Position numbers and translations under genes: made by a program. DNA of 44,361 bases from an uncultured Clostridiaceae bacterium (lineage in GTDB: Bacteria; Bacillota; Clostridia; Lutisporales; Lutisporaceae), in assembly GCA_964568265.1 (NCBI GenBank), contig CAZMPR010000001.1, forward strand, positions 19,338-63,698, given 5' to 3'. This document shows positions 10,339 to 19,443 of this stretch, piece after piece. Numbering within the stretch: the stretch's first letter is position 1; each line of letters begins with the position of its first letter. The notes beneath the pieces are model-generated. The model was not told where the DNA came from. It made no database searches and worked only from the letters and a program-made list of their open reading frames with translations.

Positions 10339-11400
10339 ATGGCTATATCAAAATTTAACAATGTAAAAATCAAAGGGATATGTTGCGGTGTTCCAAATAA
10401 CCCTATTAAGGTAACAGATTTAGGCAAGGATAATTTTAATGAAAATGATATAAAGAAGGTCTGCGATCTTATTGGAGTAGAAACATTATACTATGCCAAA
10501 ACTGGACAAACAGCCTCAGACATAGGCTATATGGCAGCAGAAAAACTGCTTAGTGACTTAAATTGGGATAGGGAAAGTATTGATGGCTTAATATTTGTTT
10601 CGCAGACACCGGACTACATATTGCCTGCTACATCTTGTATATTACAGGACAGATTAAAATTGTCCAAAGATTGTGTAGCACTTGATATTAATCTTGGATG
10701 TTCAGCTTATATTTACGGATTATGGTTGGCTAATCAGTTTATTTCAACCAAATCGTGTAAAAGAGTATTATTAATTGTAGGAGACATTATTTCGGGGTAT
10801 ATATCACCTAAAGATAAGTCTACTGCTTTAATTTTTGGGGATGGTGTATCTGCTACCTGTTTAGAATACTGCGAAGATGCAAGACCGACTACTTTTGTTT
10901 TGAAAACAGACGGTTCGGGAGCCAATAGTCTAATAATACCGGCAGGGTCAAACAGAAAGCCTATTAGCGATAATACAAAGATTTTATATAAAGATGAAGA
11001 TGGGAATGTAAGGAATGAAGAAAATCTATATATGAATGGTATGGATATCTTTGGGTTTGCTATACGAGAGGTACCAAAGATAATAAATGAGGTAATAGCT
11101 GAACATGGATGGACGCGAGAAACCGTTGATAAATTGTTATTACATCAAGCCAATAACTATATGCTAAAATTTATAGCCCAGAAATCTAAAATTTCTATTG
11201 ATAAAGTGCCTTTAAATATTGATGTATTTGGAAATACGGGAGGTGCTTCGATTCCATTTTTAATATGCGATAAAATTGCTGATGAAGCAAAAGGTAATGT
11301 CCTAAATGTAGTTATATCGGGCTTTGGTGTGGGGCTTTCATGGGGTGCTGTAGCTATGACTTTATCTGATTTATATTGTTCAAATATTATATATATATAA
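10339..11400 (+). CDS. 3-oxoacyl-ACP synthase III (FabH-like KAS III), cassette B
   Basis: ATG 10339 follows GGGAGG. The triad contexts are DINLGCSAYIYGL, LLHQANNYML and FGNTGGASIP. It is strongly diverged from the cassette A enzyme. Confidence 0.85.
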   Translation: MAISKFNNVKIKGICCGVPNNPIKVTDLGKDNFNENDIKKVCDLIGVETLYYAKTGQTASDIGYMAAEKLLSDLNWDRESIDGLIFVSQTPDYILPATSCILQDRLKLSKDCVALDINLGCSAYIYGLWLANQFISTKSCKRVLLIVGDIISGYISPKDKSTALIFGDGVSATCLEYCEDARPTTFVLKTDGSGANSLIIPAGSNRKPISDNTKILYKDEDGNVRNEENLYMNGMDIFGFAIREVPKIINEVIAEHGWTRETVDKLLLHQANNYMLKFIAQKSKISIDKVPLNIDVFGNTGGASIPFLICDKIADEAKGNVLNVVISGFGVGLSWGAVAMTLSDLYCSNIIYI

Positions 11401-11438
11401 GTGCAGAAACAAATAATCAATCTTATTTGGAGGTTAAA

Positions 11439-11663
11439 ATGATAAATAAATTGCTGGAAATAATAAATGGTATCTTAGAAAACACAAATAGGGAGACTAT
11501 ACAAGAATTAAGTGAGGAAATGTCATTAAGAAAAGACTTAGATTTCGATTCTTTAGACTTGGCGGTATTGACTGTAAATATCGAAAGCGAGTTTGATATC
11601 GATATTTTTGAAGAAGGTAATATAGATACTATAGATGAGATTATTAAGAGGCTGCAAAAATGA
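11439..11663 (+). CDS. acyl carrier protein, canonical DSL class
   Basis: 74 aa. ATG 11439 follows GGAGG. The motif is DLDFDSLDLAVLTVNIE. The 11376 start in the ORF track overlaps the KAS III 3' end. Confidence 0.8.
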   Translation: MINKLLEIINGILENTNRETIQELSEEMSLRKDLDFDSLDLAVLTVNIESEFDIDIFEEGNIDTIDEIIKRLQK

Positions 11664-12886
11664 AAACTTTTTTAGTAGACACTTTTAGAAATGAATATTT
11701 GTCTTATGAAGATTTAGTGCCTGAATTAAATGATTTTGAGCTTAGGAAATTTATTTATTATGAAAACCCAAAAGATGTTTTCTTAGCTTTGATTAAGTCT
11801 TTAGCAATTGGTGAAGAGGTTGTTTTGCTTGATGGTGATTTAAGTGATGAAGAAATAGAAACCCAAGGACTAACAATTAAACAAGTAATGAGCGGAGAAA
11901 TCAATAAGGAAATCGAATTCAAAGATATAAGTGACATATTTGAGAAAATCGAAAAAAATAAAATGAAGTGGAGTGTAACTATATTTACTTCCGGGACTAC
12001 AGGTAAACCAAAGAAAGTAAAGCATAGTTTTAACAGTGCTTCAAGAGCGGTGAGAATGGGAGAAAAGTTTCAAAATGATAATTGGCTTTTTACCTATAAC
12101 CCGACTCACTTTGCAGGTCTACAGGTTTTTTTGCAAGCTTTTTTAAATAGAAATACCATAATATTAGCCAATGAACCAAGTAAATATGATATAGGCTATT
12201 TATTGGAAGCTTATAGAGTTACTCATATTTCGGCAACACCGACATTTTACAGATTTGTTTTGCCTACTTTAAAATCAGAATACAAAAAGGTTGACAGAAT
12301 TACCTTGGGTGGAGAAAAGGCTGATGAAAGCATTATAGCTCTTTTGAAACAGAAATTCCCGAAAGCAAAAACTACCAATGTATATGCTTCCACTGAAGCC
12401 GGCAATTTATTTGCTTCTGAAGGTGAGTATTTTAAAGTGGATCAAAGTATTTCTGATATGATTAGAGTGGAAGACGGAGAATTATTGATTAATAAAAAAC
12501 TATTAGGAGATTTCAATTTAGAAGATAATGATGAATGGTATAAAACCGGTGATTTAGTTGAGCTTTCAGAAGGAAAGATAAGATTTATACAAAGAAAAAG
12601 TGACTTTATCAATATAGGAGGCTACAAAGTAAACCCGGCGGAAGTAGAAGAAGAAATTATGCAAATGGACAATATTATTGATGTACATGTTTATGGAGAA
12701 GACAATAAAATGTTGGGAAAGATACTTATGGCAGATGTTGTTTTAGAAAAAGCCGAAGAAAATATAAACAAGAGAATATTTAATCATTTAAACAATAGGA
12801 TGCAAAAATGGAAGATACCAAGGATTATTAATATTAAAAATGAAATAGACAAAACAAGAACAGGGAAAAAGGTGAGGAATAAATGA
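11660..12886 (+). CDS. AMP-dependent synthetase/ligase, cassette B
   Basis: 408 aa with IFTSGTTGKPKKV, YASTEAG, WYKTGD and QRKSDFINIGGYKV. The ATGA start overlaps the ACP stop. Confidence 0.85.
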   Translation: MKTFLVDTFRNEYLSYEDLVPELNDFELRKFIYYENPKDVFLALIKSLAIGEEVVLLDGDLSDEEIETQGLTIKQVMSGEINKEIEFKDISDIFEKIEKNKMKWSVTIFTSGTTGKPKKVKHSFNSASRAVRMGEKFQNDNWLFTYNPTHFAGLQVFLQAFLNRNTIILANEPSKYDIGYLLEAYRVTHISATPTFYRFVLPTLKSEYKKVDRITLGGEKADESIIALLKQKFPKAKTTNVYASTEAGNLFASEGEYFKVDQSISDMIRVEDGELLINKKLLGDFNLEDNDEWYKTGDLVELSEGKIRFIQRKSDFINIGGYKVNPAEVEEEIMQMDNIIDVHVYGEDNKMLGKILMADVVLEKAEENINKRIFNHLNNRMQKWKIPRIINIKNEIDKTRTGKKVRNK

Positions 12887-13599
12887 AAACAGTTTTAGTT
12901 ACCGGCACTTCGGGTGAGTTAGGCTGTACAATATCTAATGTACTATTAAATGAAAATTATAAAGTTATAGGCATTAGCAGGAGCAATAATAAAAATATAG
13001 AAAATTTAGAATCAAACAAAAACTATGTTCATATAAATTTTGATTTAAGTGAACCTGATAATATAAAGGATTTAATTATCGGTCTTCAAAAGTCAGGGGA
13101 AAAGTTTTATGGCTTAGTAAATAATGCAGCATATGCTTACGATGATATAATAACAAATGCGAATACTGAAAGGTTAAGAAAGTCTTATAATGTAAATGTT
13201 ATATCTCCTATTATTTTAACTAAATATATAATAAGAAATATGTTGTTAAGTAAAGAGTATGGCAGCATAGTCCATATTTCTTCGGTATCGGCACATACAG
13301 GGTACAAAGGTCTCAGTATGTATGCATCAACCAAGGGGGCTATGGAGGCATTCTCAAAAAACCTTGCAAGAGAATGGGGAGAATTAGGTATTCGTTCAAA
13401 CTGTGTCGTGCCCGGATTTATGGAAACCAATATGAGTAAGTCATTGTCAAAAGAACAAAAAGACAGAATATATAAAAGAACTTCAATGAAAAAAGAAACA
13501 AATATTATATCGGTCGCAGAGACAGTAGCTTTCTTGTTATCTGAAAAATCAAATTCAATAACAGGGCAGAATTTACATGTGGATAATGGAACTATTTAG
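12883..13599 (+). CDS. short-chain dehydrogenase/reductase
   Basis: Contains VTGTSGELGCTIS, YASTKGAM and VVPGFMET. The ATGA start overlaps the ligase stop. Confidence 0.8.
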   Translation: MKTVLVTGTSGELGCTISNVLLNENYKVIGISRSNNKNIENLESNKNYVHINFDLSEPDNIKDLIIGLQKSGEKFYGLVNNAAYAYDDIITNANTERLRKSYNVNVISPIILTKYIIRNMLLSKEYGSIVHISSVSAHTGYKGLSMYASTKGAMEAFSKNLAREWGELGIRSNCVVPGFMETNMSKSLSKEQKDRIYKRTSMKKETNIISVAETVAFLLSEKSNSITGQNLHVDNGTI

Positions 13600-13705
13600 A
13601 TTAGATAACTTAAATATTAGTAATTGAAAATTGTGTTTTTTCTGTTTTTCTAATAATCGGATATATTCTGTTACATGTTTAAATCTCAAAGTGGAGGTAG
13701 TTGAT

Positions 13706-14584
13706 TTGGAGAATATAGGACTGCTTTTTCCTGGACAAGGTTCTCAATATGTCGGCATGGGAAAAGAATTATACAATGAAATACCCGAAGCAAAAAAGTT
13801 GATAGACAAAGCTAATGATATATTGGGCTTTGATATAAGGAAAATCATATTTGAAGGCTCTGATGAAGACATACTGCCTACACAAATAGCCCAACCGTCA
13901 ATATATATTGTATCTGCCATGTATTATGAAAAATTTAAACAAATTGATAAACCATTTGAAATAGTTGCTGGCCATAGTCTTGGCGAATATACTGCTTTAT
14001 ACGCAGCAGGAGTATTTACCTTTGAAGACGGGCTAAACTTAGTTCGTAAAAGAGGCTTGGCAATGGGTGAGATGAACTCATTAGGTTCTATGTATGCAAT
14101 AATGGGAATTGATATAGAAGAGATAGAAAAAGAACTAATAGGCTTGGAAAATAAAGTAGTAATAGCAAATATTAATTCAAAAAGTCAAATAGTTATATCA
14201 GGGTATAACGATGAAATATCAAAAGTAGCTGATGCCTTATCCAAAATAGAAGGCTCAACGATAAAACAGCTAAATGTAAGTGGTGCTTTTCATAGCCCTT
14301 TAATGGGACAAGTTAAGGAGATAATGAAAGAAGAAATAGATAAAATACAAATGAAAGAACCTATTGTAGAAATAATACCGAATGTTTTAAGTTATGCCAC
14401 TAAGGATATAAGTATTATTAAAGAATCACTAAAAAGACAAGTTGTAGGTAAGGTCAATTGGCTTAATACAATTTTATATATGAAGAACATGGGTATAGAA
14501 AGACTATATGAAGTTGGGCCGGGTGATGTGCTTGCAAAGCTGAATAAAACGATTACATTTAGACCTAAATGTATGGGGTTTTGA
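13706..14584 (+). CDS. fabD: malonyl CoA-ACP transacylase, copy 2
   Basis: TTG 13706 follows GGAGG (13693-13697) and sits exactly 9020 bp from the copy 1 start. Motifs present: FPGQGSQYVGMG, GHSLGEYTALYAAG and VSGAFHSPLM. The 13631 start in the ORF track adds a non-homologous leader. Confidence 0.9.
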   Translation: MENIGLLFPGQGSQYVGMGKELYNEIPEAKKLIDKANDILGFDIRKIIFEGSDEDILPTQIAQPSIYIVSAMYYEKFKQIDKPFEIVAGHSLGEYTALYAAGVFTFEDGLNLVRKRGLAMGEMNSLGSMYAIMGIDIEEIEKELIGLENKVVIANINSKSQIVISGYNDEISKVADALSKIEGSTIKQLNVSGAFHSPLMGQVKEIMKEEIDKIQMKEPIVEIIPNVLSYATKDISIIKESLKRQVVGKVNWLNTILYMKNMGIERLYEVGPGDVLAKLNKTITFRPKCMGF

Positions 14585-14598
14585 TAGGGGGAAATATA

Positions 14599-15930
14599 TT
14601 GGAAAATCATAAATACACGAAAGAAAACCTTCTAAGAAAAATCAAAGAAAAATCAGCCATAGTAGCAGTAATCGGACTTGGCTATGTAGGTTTGCCTCTT
14701 GCAGTGGAAAAAGCAAAGGCCGGCTATAAAACCATTGGCTTTGACATCCAAGAATCAAAAGTAAAAGCAGTAAACGAAGGGCATAACTATATCGGTGATG
14801 TAGTGAATGAAGAACTTGAAGATTTAGTAAAAAGGGGACTCCTATCCGCGACAAATGACTTTTCCATCGTAAAAGATGCAGATTTTATAGCAATCTGTGT
14901 CCCAACACCTTTAGACGAATACCAACAGCCGGATATCAGCTATGTAAAAAGTTCGGGCATAGAAATAGCCAAGTATTTAAAAAGAGGAACTATAGTAGTG
15001 TTGGAAAGCACCACTTATCCCGGTACTACGGAGGAACTGCTATTACCTATATTAGAAGAAGGTTCGGGTTTAAAATGCGGACAAGACTTCTATTTAGCTT
15101 TTTCACCGGAGAGGGTAGACCCGGGCAATCTAATATACAAGACTAAGAATACTCCAAAAGTAGTAGGAGGCGTAGACAAAGACTCAACAGAGGTTGCCGC
15201 GGCTATGTATAGAAATGTTTTGAATTCAGATATATTTGAAGCCTCATCTCCAAAAGTAGCAGAAATGGAAAAAATCTTGGAAAACACCTATAGAAATATA
15301 AATATTGGCTTGGCAAATGAAATGGCTATAATATGCCACAAGATGGGCATAAATGTATGGGAAGTAATAGATGCTGCAAAGACGAAACCATACGGCTTTC
15401 AAGCCTTTTATCCCGGCCCCGGATTGGGAGGGCACTGTATACCCTTAGATCCTTACTATTTATCCTGGAAAGCAAGGGAATACAGCTATCATACGCAACT
15501 GATAGAAACCTCCGGGATAATAAATGATAGTATGCCGGCTTATGTAATAGAAAGAGCAAGTAATATTTTAAATAGATTTAAAAAGCCGCTGAACGGTTCC
15601 AAGATACTTATCTTAGGAGTAGCCTATAAACAAGATATAGATGACTATAGAGAAAGTCCGGCACTTAAAGTAATAGAATTATTTGAAAAAGAAGGAGCCA
15701 TAGTTGATTACTACGACCCACAAATAAAAGAATATACATATAAGGGCAAAGCTAAAGAAGGAAAGGAAAAATTGACAAAAGAATTACTAAATGAAGCAGA
15801 TTTAGTGGTAATAACAACAAGCCACAGCACCGTTGACTATAACTTTGTCCAAAACCATTCCCAATATATATTCGATGCTAAAAATGCAATGAAAGCTATC
15901 GAATGCAGAGAAAATATAGAACTATTATAA
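14599..15930 (+). CDS. nucleotide-sugar 6-dehydrogenase, copy 2
   Basis: Collinear with copy 1 at a +9020 offset, with only a handful of amino-acid differences. It has the same AGGGGGA-7 nt-TTG start context. Confidence 0.85.
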   Translation: MENHKYTKENLLRKIKEKSAIVAVIGLGYVGLPLAVEKAKAGYKTIGFDIQESKVKAVNEGHNYIGDVVNEELEDLVKRGLLSATNDFSIVKDADFIAICVPTPLDEYQQPDISYVKSSGIEIAKYLKRGTIVVLESTTYPGTTEELLLPILEEGSGLKCGQDFYLAFSPERVDPGNLIYKTKNTPKVVGGVDKDSTEVAAAMYRNVLNSDIFEASSPKVAEMEKILENTYRNINIGLANEMAIICHKMGINVWEVIDAAKTKPYGFQAFYPGPGLGGHCIPLDPYYLSWKAREYSYHTQLIETSGIINDSMPAYVIERASNILNRFKKPLNGSKILILGVAYKQDIDDYRESPALKVIELFEKEGAIVDYYDPQIKEYTYKGKAKEGKEKLTKELLNEADLVVITTSHSTVDYNFVQNHSQYIFDAKNAMKAIECRENIELL

Positions 15931-15938
15931 AGGAGCAT

Positions 15939-17003
15939 ATGATGAAAATACTATCAATAATAGGTGCAAGACCTCAATTTGTAAAAGAAGCAATAGTACA
16001 AAACGAAATTAATAAACATGAAGATATTGAAGAAATAGTTGTACATACGGGACAGCATTATGATGACAATATGTCCGGAGTCTTTTTCGATACTCTTAAT
16101 ATGAAAAAGCCGGAATATAACTTGGGTATCACAGCTTCGAACCACGGTGAAATGACCGGCAGAATGCTTATAGAACTTGAAAAAGTAATGCTTAAAGAAA
16201 TGCCAGACATAGTATTACTATATGGCGATACTAATTCTACTTTGGCAGGCGCAATATCAGCATCAAAACTAAAAATTAAAATAGCCCATGTAGAGGCTGG
16301 GTTGAGACAAAAAGAGCCCAAACACATGCCGGAAGAGATTAATAGAGTATTGACGGATAGCATATCTGATTATCTCTTTGTACCCAGTGATTTGGCAATA
16401 AAAAATCTAAAAAAAGAAGGCATCGAAGAAGGAGTATATGTTACAGGAGATGTAATGTATGATATTTTCCTAAAAATGAAAAATAGATTCGATTATTCTT
16501 TGATAGAAAAACTAAAACTTAAAGAAAATGATTATATAATGATGACTATGCATAGGGATTTTAATGTAGATGATAAAGATAAGTTGATAAAGCTATTAAA
16601 GCAAATTGCTAAAGTATCTAAAGAGGTAAAAGTAGTATACCCCATCCATCCAAGGACTAAAAAGAGAATAGCTGAATTTGGTTTAGAAGATTTAATAAAA
16701 GATATTATGATAATAGAACCTATAGATTACCTAAATCTAATGGGACTTACGGAGAAAAGTAAAAAAGTAATAACGGATAGCGGTGGATATCAAAAAGAAG
16801 CCTATTTTGCAGGCAAGCAAGCTTCAGTAATAATGCCCGATACGGGATGGAGGGAATTAGTTGACTTGGGATTTAATGCTTTAGTCGATGAAAATAATAT
16901 TTATGATAAAACTATGGAAGATTGCAAAGCAAAATATATAAAAAATATATACGGTGATGGCAAAGCAGCGACAAAGATAGTAAATATTTTAAGAAAAGTC
17001 TAA
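15939..17003 (+). CDS. wecB: UDP-N-acetylglucosamine 2-epimerase (non-hydrolysing) family
   Basis: Contains MMKILSIIGARPQFVK, HTGQHYD and AHVEAGLR. ATG 15939 follows GGAG; the 15903 start overlaps the dehydrogenase. Confidence 0.85.
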   Translation: MMKILSIIGARPQFVKEAIVQNEINKHEDIEEIVVHTGQHYDDNMSGVFFDTLNMKKPEYNLGITASNHGEMTGRMLIELEKVMLKEMPDIVLLYGDTNSTLAGAISASKLKIKIAHVEAGLRQKEPKHMPEEINRVLTDSISDYLFVPSDLAIKNLKKEGIEEGVYVTGDVMYDIFLKMKNRFDYSLIEKLKLKENDYIMMTMHRDFNVDDKDKLIKLLKQIAKVSKEVKVVYPIHPRTKKRIAEFGLEDLIKDIMIIEPIDYLNLMGLTEKSKKVITDSGGYQKEAYFAGKQASVIMPDTGWRELVDLGFNALVDENNIYDKTMEDCKAKYIKNIYGDGKAATKIVNILRKV

Positions 17004-17095
17004 AGAATGAGATTAAAGTTTTATCAAATAAATGATGATAAAGTGATATAATATTATAGATTCCTAAAAAAGTATAGCTTTACGGAGGTGCTATA

Positions 17096-18376
17096 ATGCA
17101 AAAGCTTATAATTAATAAATTTGGGCCTATAAAAAATTGCGAGTTTTTCATAAAAGACTTTCTGATATTAATCGGCGAGCAAGCAACCGGTAAAAGTATT
17201 ATTTGCAAAAGCATATATTTCTTTAAATCCGTAAGGGATGATTTAAAATCATATGTTTATCGAATAATAAACAATGATTTCAACGAAGATGAGCTTCCTG
17301 CTAAATATATTGAGGACTTATTAAGAAATAAATTTAATAAATTGTTTGGGATAAGAGAATTTGATTCTGATTTTTCAATGAAATATTATTTTGACGACAA
17401 TGTGCATATTAGCATAAAATGTAGCGCGATTACTAAGAAGGCTATTGAATTCCAGTTTTGTGATGAAATAATGAGGTTTATAGAGCTAATGCAAGAAAAG
17501 ACTATTAGCCAATATTCAACATTAAAAAAGATTGATAATATTGACAGTACATATTATCAATTGGAAAAAAACAAGATATATCAAATGCTTACTAAAGAAA
17601 TAAACTTATTTTTTCGGGAAGACAAAGATATTTTTTACATACCGGCTGAAAGAGGACTTTTATCTCTTATGACAAATCAGCTTTTGAATATTGATTTGGA
17701 TAGTGTCGATTATGTAACAGGTGAATTTCTAAAACTGATACAAAAGCAAAGAAATATGTTTGACCCTATATTAAAAGAGGCTTTAATTGAAAATGACTCT
17801 TATGCAGATGATATAAACAAAGATCAAAAGGAAACAATCAAAAAGATTCTTAAAGGCGAGTATTATTATCTGGATAATAAAGAACTTCTAAAGATCAAAA
17901 AAGATTCCTCTCTTCAAATAAACTATACATCATCAGGGCAGCAGGAAGTATTATGGATTTTAAATCTGTTACAAATCTGGATAAAGCAAAACAGAAATGT
18001 TTTTGTTGTTATTGAGGAGCCTGAGGCACACTTATTTCCTAAAACACAAAAAGAGGTAGCGGAGTATATATCGTACTTCTTTAACAGCGGTGATAATCAA
18101 ATTATAATCGCTACCCATAGCCCCTATTTATTAACTGCTGTAAATAACTTACTTTACGCTAACAAGGTGGGGAAAACCAATTATAAAAAGGTAAATGAGA
18201 TTATTAACAATAAAAAATGGTTGGATTTTGATAGATTTGATGCGTATTTGGTAGGAGCAGATAAAGAAAGATATATAAAATCTATAGTAGACGGTGAGTT
18301 ACAGGAAATAGCTGCAGAAGAAATAGATGGAGTATCAGATGAAATAAGGAGCAGAATATTGGCGGTGCTGTATTAA
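17096..18376 (+). CDS. ABC-fold / AAA_21-type ATPase, soluble, orphan
   Basis: 426 aa. Walker A is GEQATGKS (res 27-34), the signature-like motif is SSGQQ (res 279-283), Walker B is VFVVIEEPEAHL, and the H-loop is ATHSPYLL. About 245 aa separate Walker A from the signature, unlike transporter nucleotide-binding domains. There is no TM segment and no adjacent permease or nuclease gene. Confidence 0.7.
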   Translation: MQKLIINKFGPIKNCEFFIKDFLILIGEQATGKSIICKSIYFFKSVRDDLKSYVYRIINNDFNEDELPAKYIEDLLRNKFNKLFGIREFDSDFSMKYYFDDNVHISIKCSAITKKAIEFQFCDEIMRFIELMQEKTISQYSTLKKIDNIDSTYYQLEKNKIYQMLTKEINLFFREDKDIFYIPAERGLLSLMTNQLLNIDLDSVDYVTGEFLKLIQKQRNMFDPILKEALIENDSYADDINKDQKETIKKILKGEYYYLDNKELLKIKKDSSLQINYTSSGQQEVLWILNLLQIWIKQNRNVFVVIEEPEAHLFPKTQKEVAEYISYFFNSGDNQIIIATHSPYLLTAVNNLLYANKVGKTNYKKVNEIINNKKWLDFDRFDAYLVGADKERYIKSIVDGELQEIAAEEIDGVSDEIRSRILAVLY

Positions 18377-18443
18377 ATAATAATAACTTTCCACTAATAG
18401 TATAGATATTTTAAGAAAATTTTAAATCCAAATAGAAAGAAGT

Positions 18444-19439
18444 ATGAAAATGAGTAAACTAAGATTCGGAATAATCGGCTGCGGCAGGATATCAACAAGG
18501 CATATAGATGCCTTGATTAACAACAGTGAAGAAGCAGAATTAACTGCTTTATATGATATAGTGGAGGATCTTGCCATAGATAAGAAAAGTCAGTATGAAG
18601 CAAGAATAAAAGGCGCAAATGTAAAAGTTCATAAGAGTTATGAAGACTTTTTAGAAGATAAAAACATAGATATAGTGACTATAGCAAGTATAAGCGGCTA
18701 TCATGGCAAACATGCTATAGACTCGTTGGAACACAATAAACATGTACTGATAGAAAAACCAATAGCTTTATCCCTTGAAGACATAGATAAAATAATCTCA
18801 TTAAGCAAAGAAAAGAATAAAAAAGTGGGAGTAGCCCATGTCAACAGATTTATGCCTGCTGTAAGAAAATTAAGAAGAGCTTTGGAAGAAGGCAGATTCG
18901 GCAAGCTAATCCACGGAACAGCAAGAACGCTATGGGCAAGGGACGATAATTACTATAAAGTTGCCCCATGGAGAGGGACAAAAGAATTTGATGGTGGAGT
19001 ATTGATGAATCAATGTCTTCATAACATTGACCTGTTACAATGGATGTTAGGAAGTCAAATAGAGAGACAAGCCTCAGAGTTGGACACTTTTATAAGAGAT
19101 ATAGAAACAGAAGATTTCGGAGCAATATTGATGAGATTTAAAAATGGCGCTGTAGGAATAGCCGAAGGCTCCGTATGCGTTTACCCCAAAAACTTAGAAG
19201 AATCATTAAGTATCTTTGGTGAAAAAGGTACAGTAGTTATCAAGAACAGAAAAATTGACACCTGGCTCTTTGAAGATAAAAAAGACTATGACGATATAGA
19301 AGAAAAAGAAGTAGATATAGGGCATACTGCCTTGTACAAAGACTATATAGAAGCTGTAGAAAATGATAGAGAACCACTGATAAATGGAGAAGAAGGTAAA
19401 ATGGCAGTGGAATTAATATTAAAAGCTTATGAGAGGTAA
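18444..19439 (+). CDS. Gfo/Idh/MocA-family NAD(P)-dependent oxidoreductase (WbpB-like position)
   Basis: Contains the N-terminal Rossmann motif RFGIIGCGRIS and the EKP motif (VLIEKPIAL). 331 aa. Confidence 0.8.
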   Translation: MKMSKLRFGIIGCGRISTRHIDALINNSEEAELTALYDIVEDLAIDKKSQYEARIKGANVKVHKSYEDFLEDKNIDIVTIASISGYHGKHAIDSLEHNKHVLIEKPIALSLEDIDKIISLSKEKNKKVGVAHVNRFMPAVRKLRRALEEGRFGKLIHGTARTLWARDDNYYKVAPWRGTKEFDGGVLMNQCLHNIDLLQWMLGSQIERQASELDTFIRDIETEDFGAILMRFKNGAVGIAEGSVCVYPKNLEESLSIFGEKGTVVIKNRKIDTWLFEDKKDYDDIEEKEVDIGHTALYKDYIEAVENDREPLINGEEGKMAVELILKAYER

Positions 19440-19443
19440 GAGG

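Larger units (their letters stand above)
13706..15930 (+). repeat. segmental duplication, copy 2 (fabD + dehydrogenase)
   Basis: See copy 1. Even the spurious antisense ORFs of the track recur (6224-6415 = 15244-15435; 6306-6539 = 15326-15559). Confidence 0.95.

Noticed and set aside
13631-13705. Upstream TTG start (13631) for fabD copy 2, which would add MCFFCFSNNRIYSVTCLNLKVEVVD
   Set aside because: The leader has no counterpart in copy 1. TTG 13706 aligns exactly with the copy 1 ATG and has a GGAGG ribosome-binding site.
17096-18376. The ATPase as a Wzt-type O-antigen ABC exporter subunit
   Set aside because: There is no Wzm permease. The locus already has a Wzy polymerase and a MOP flippase (the Wzx/Wzy-dependent route). 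The ~245-aa spacing between Walker A and the signature motif is unlike transporter nucleotide-binding domains.
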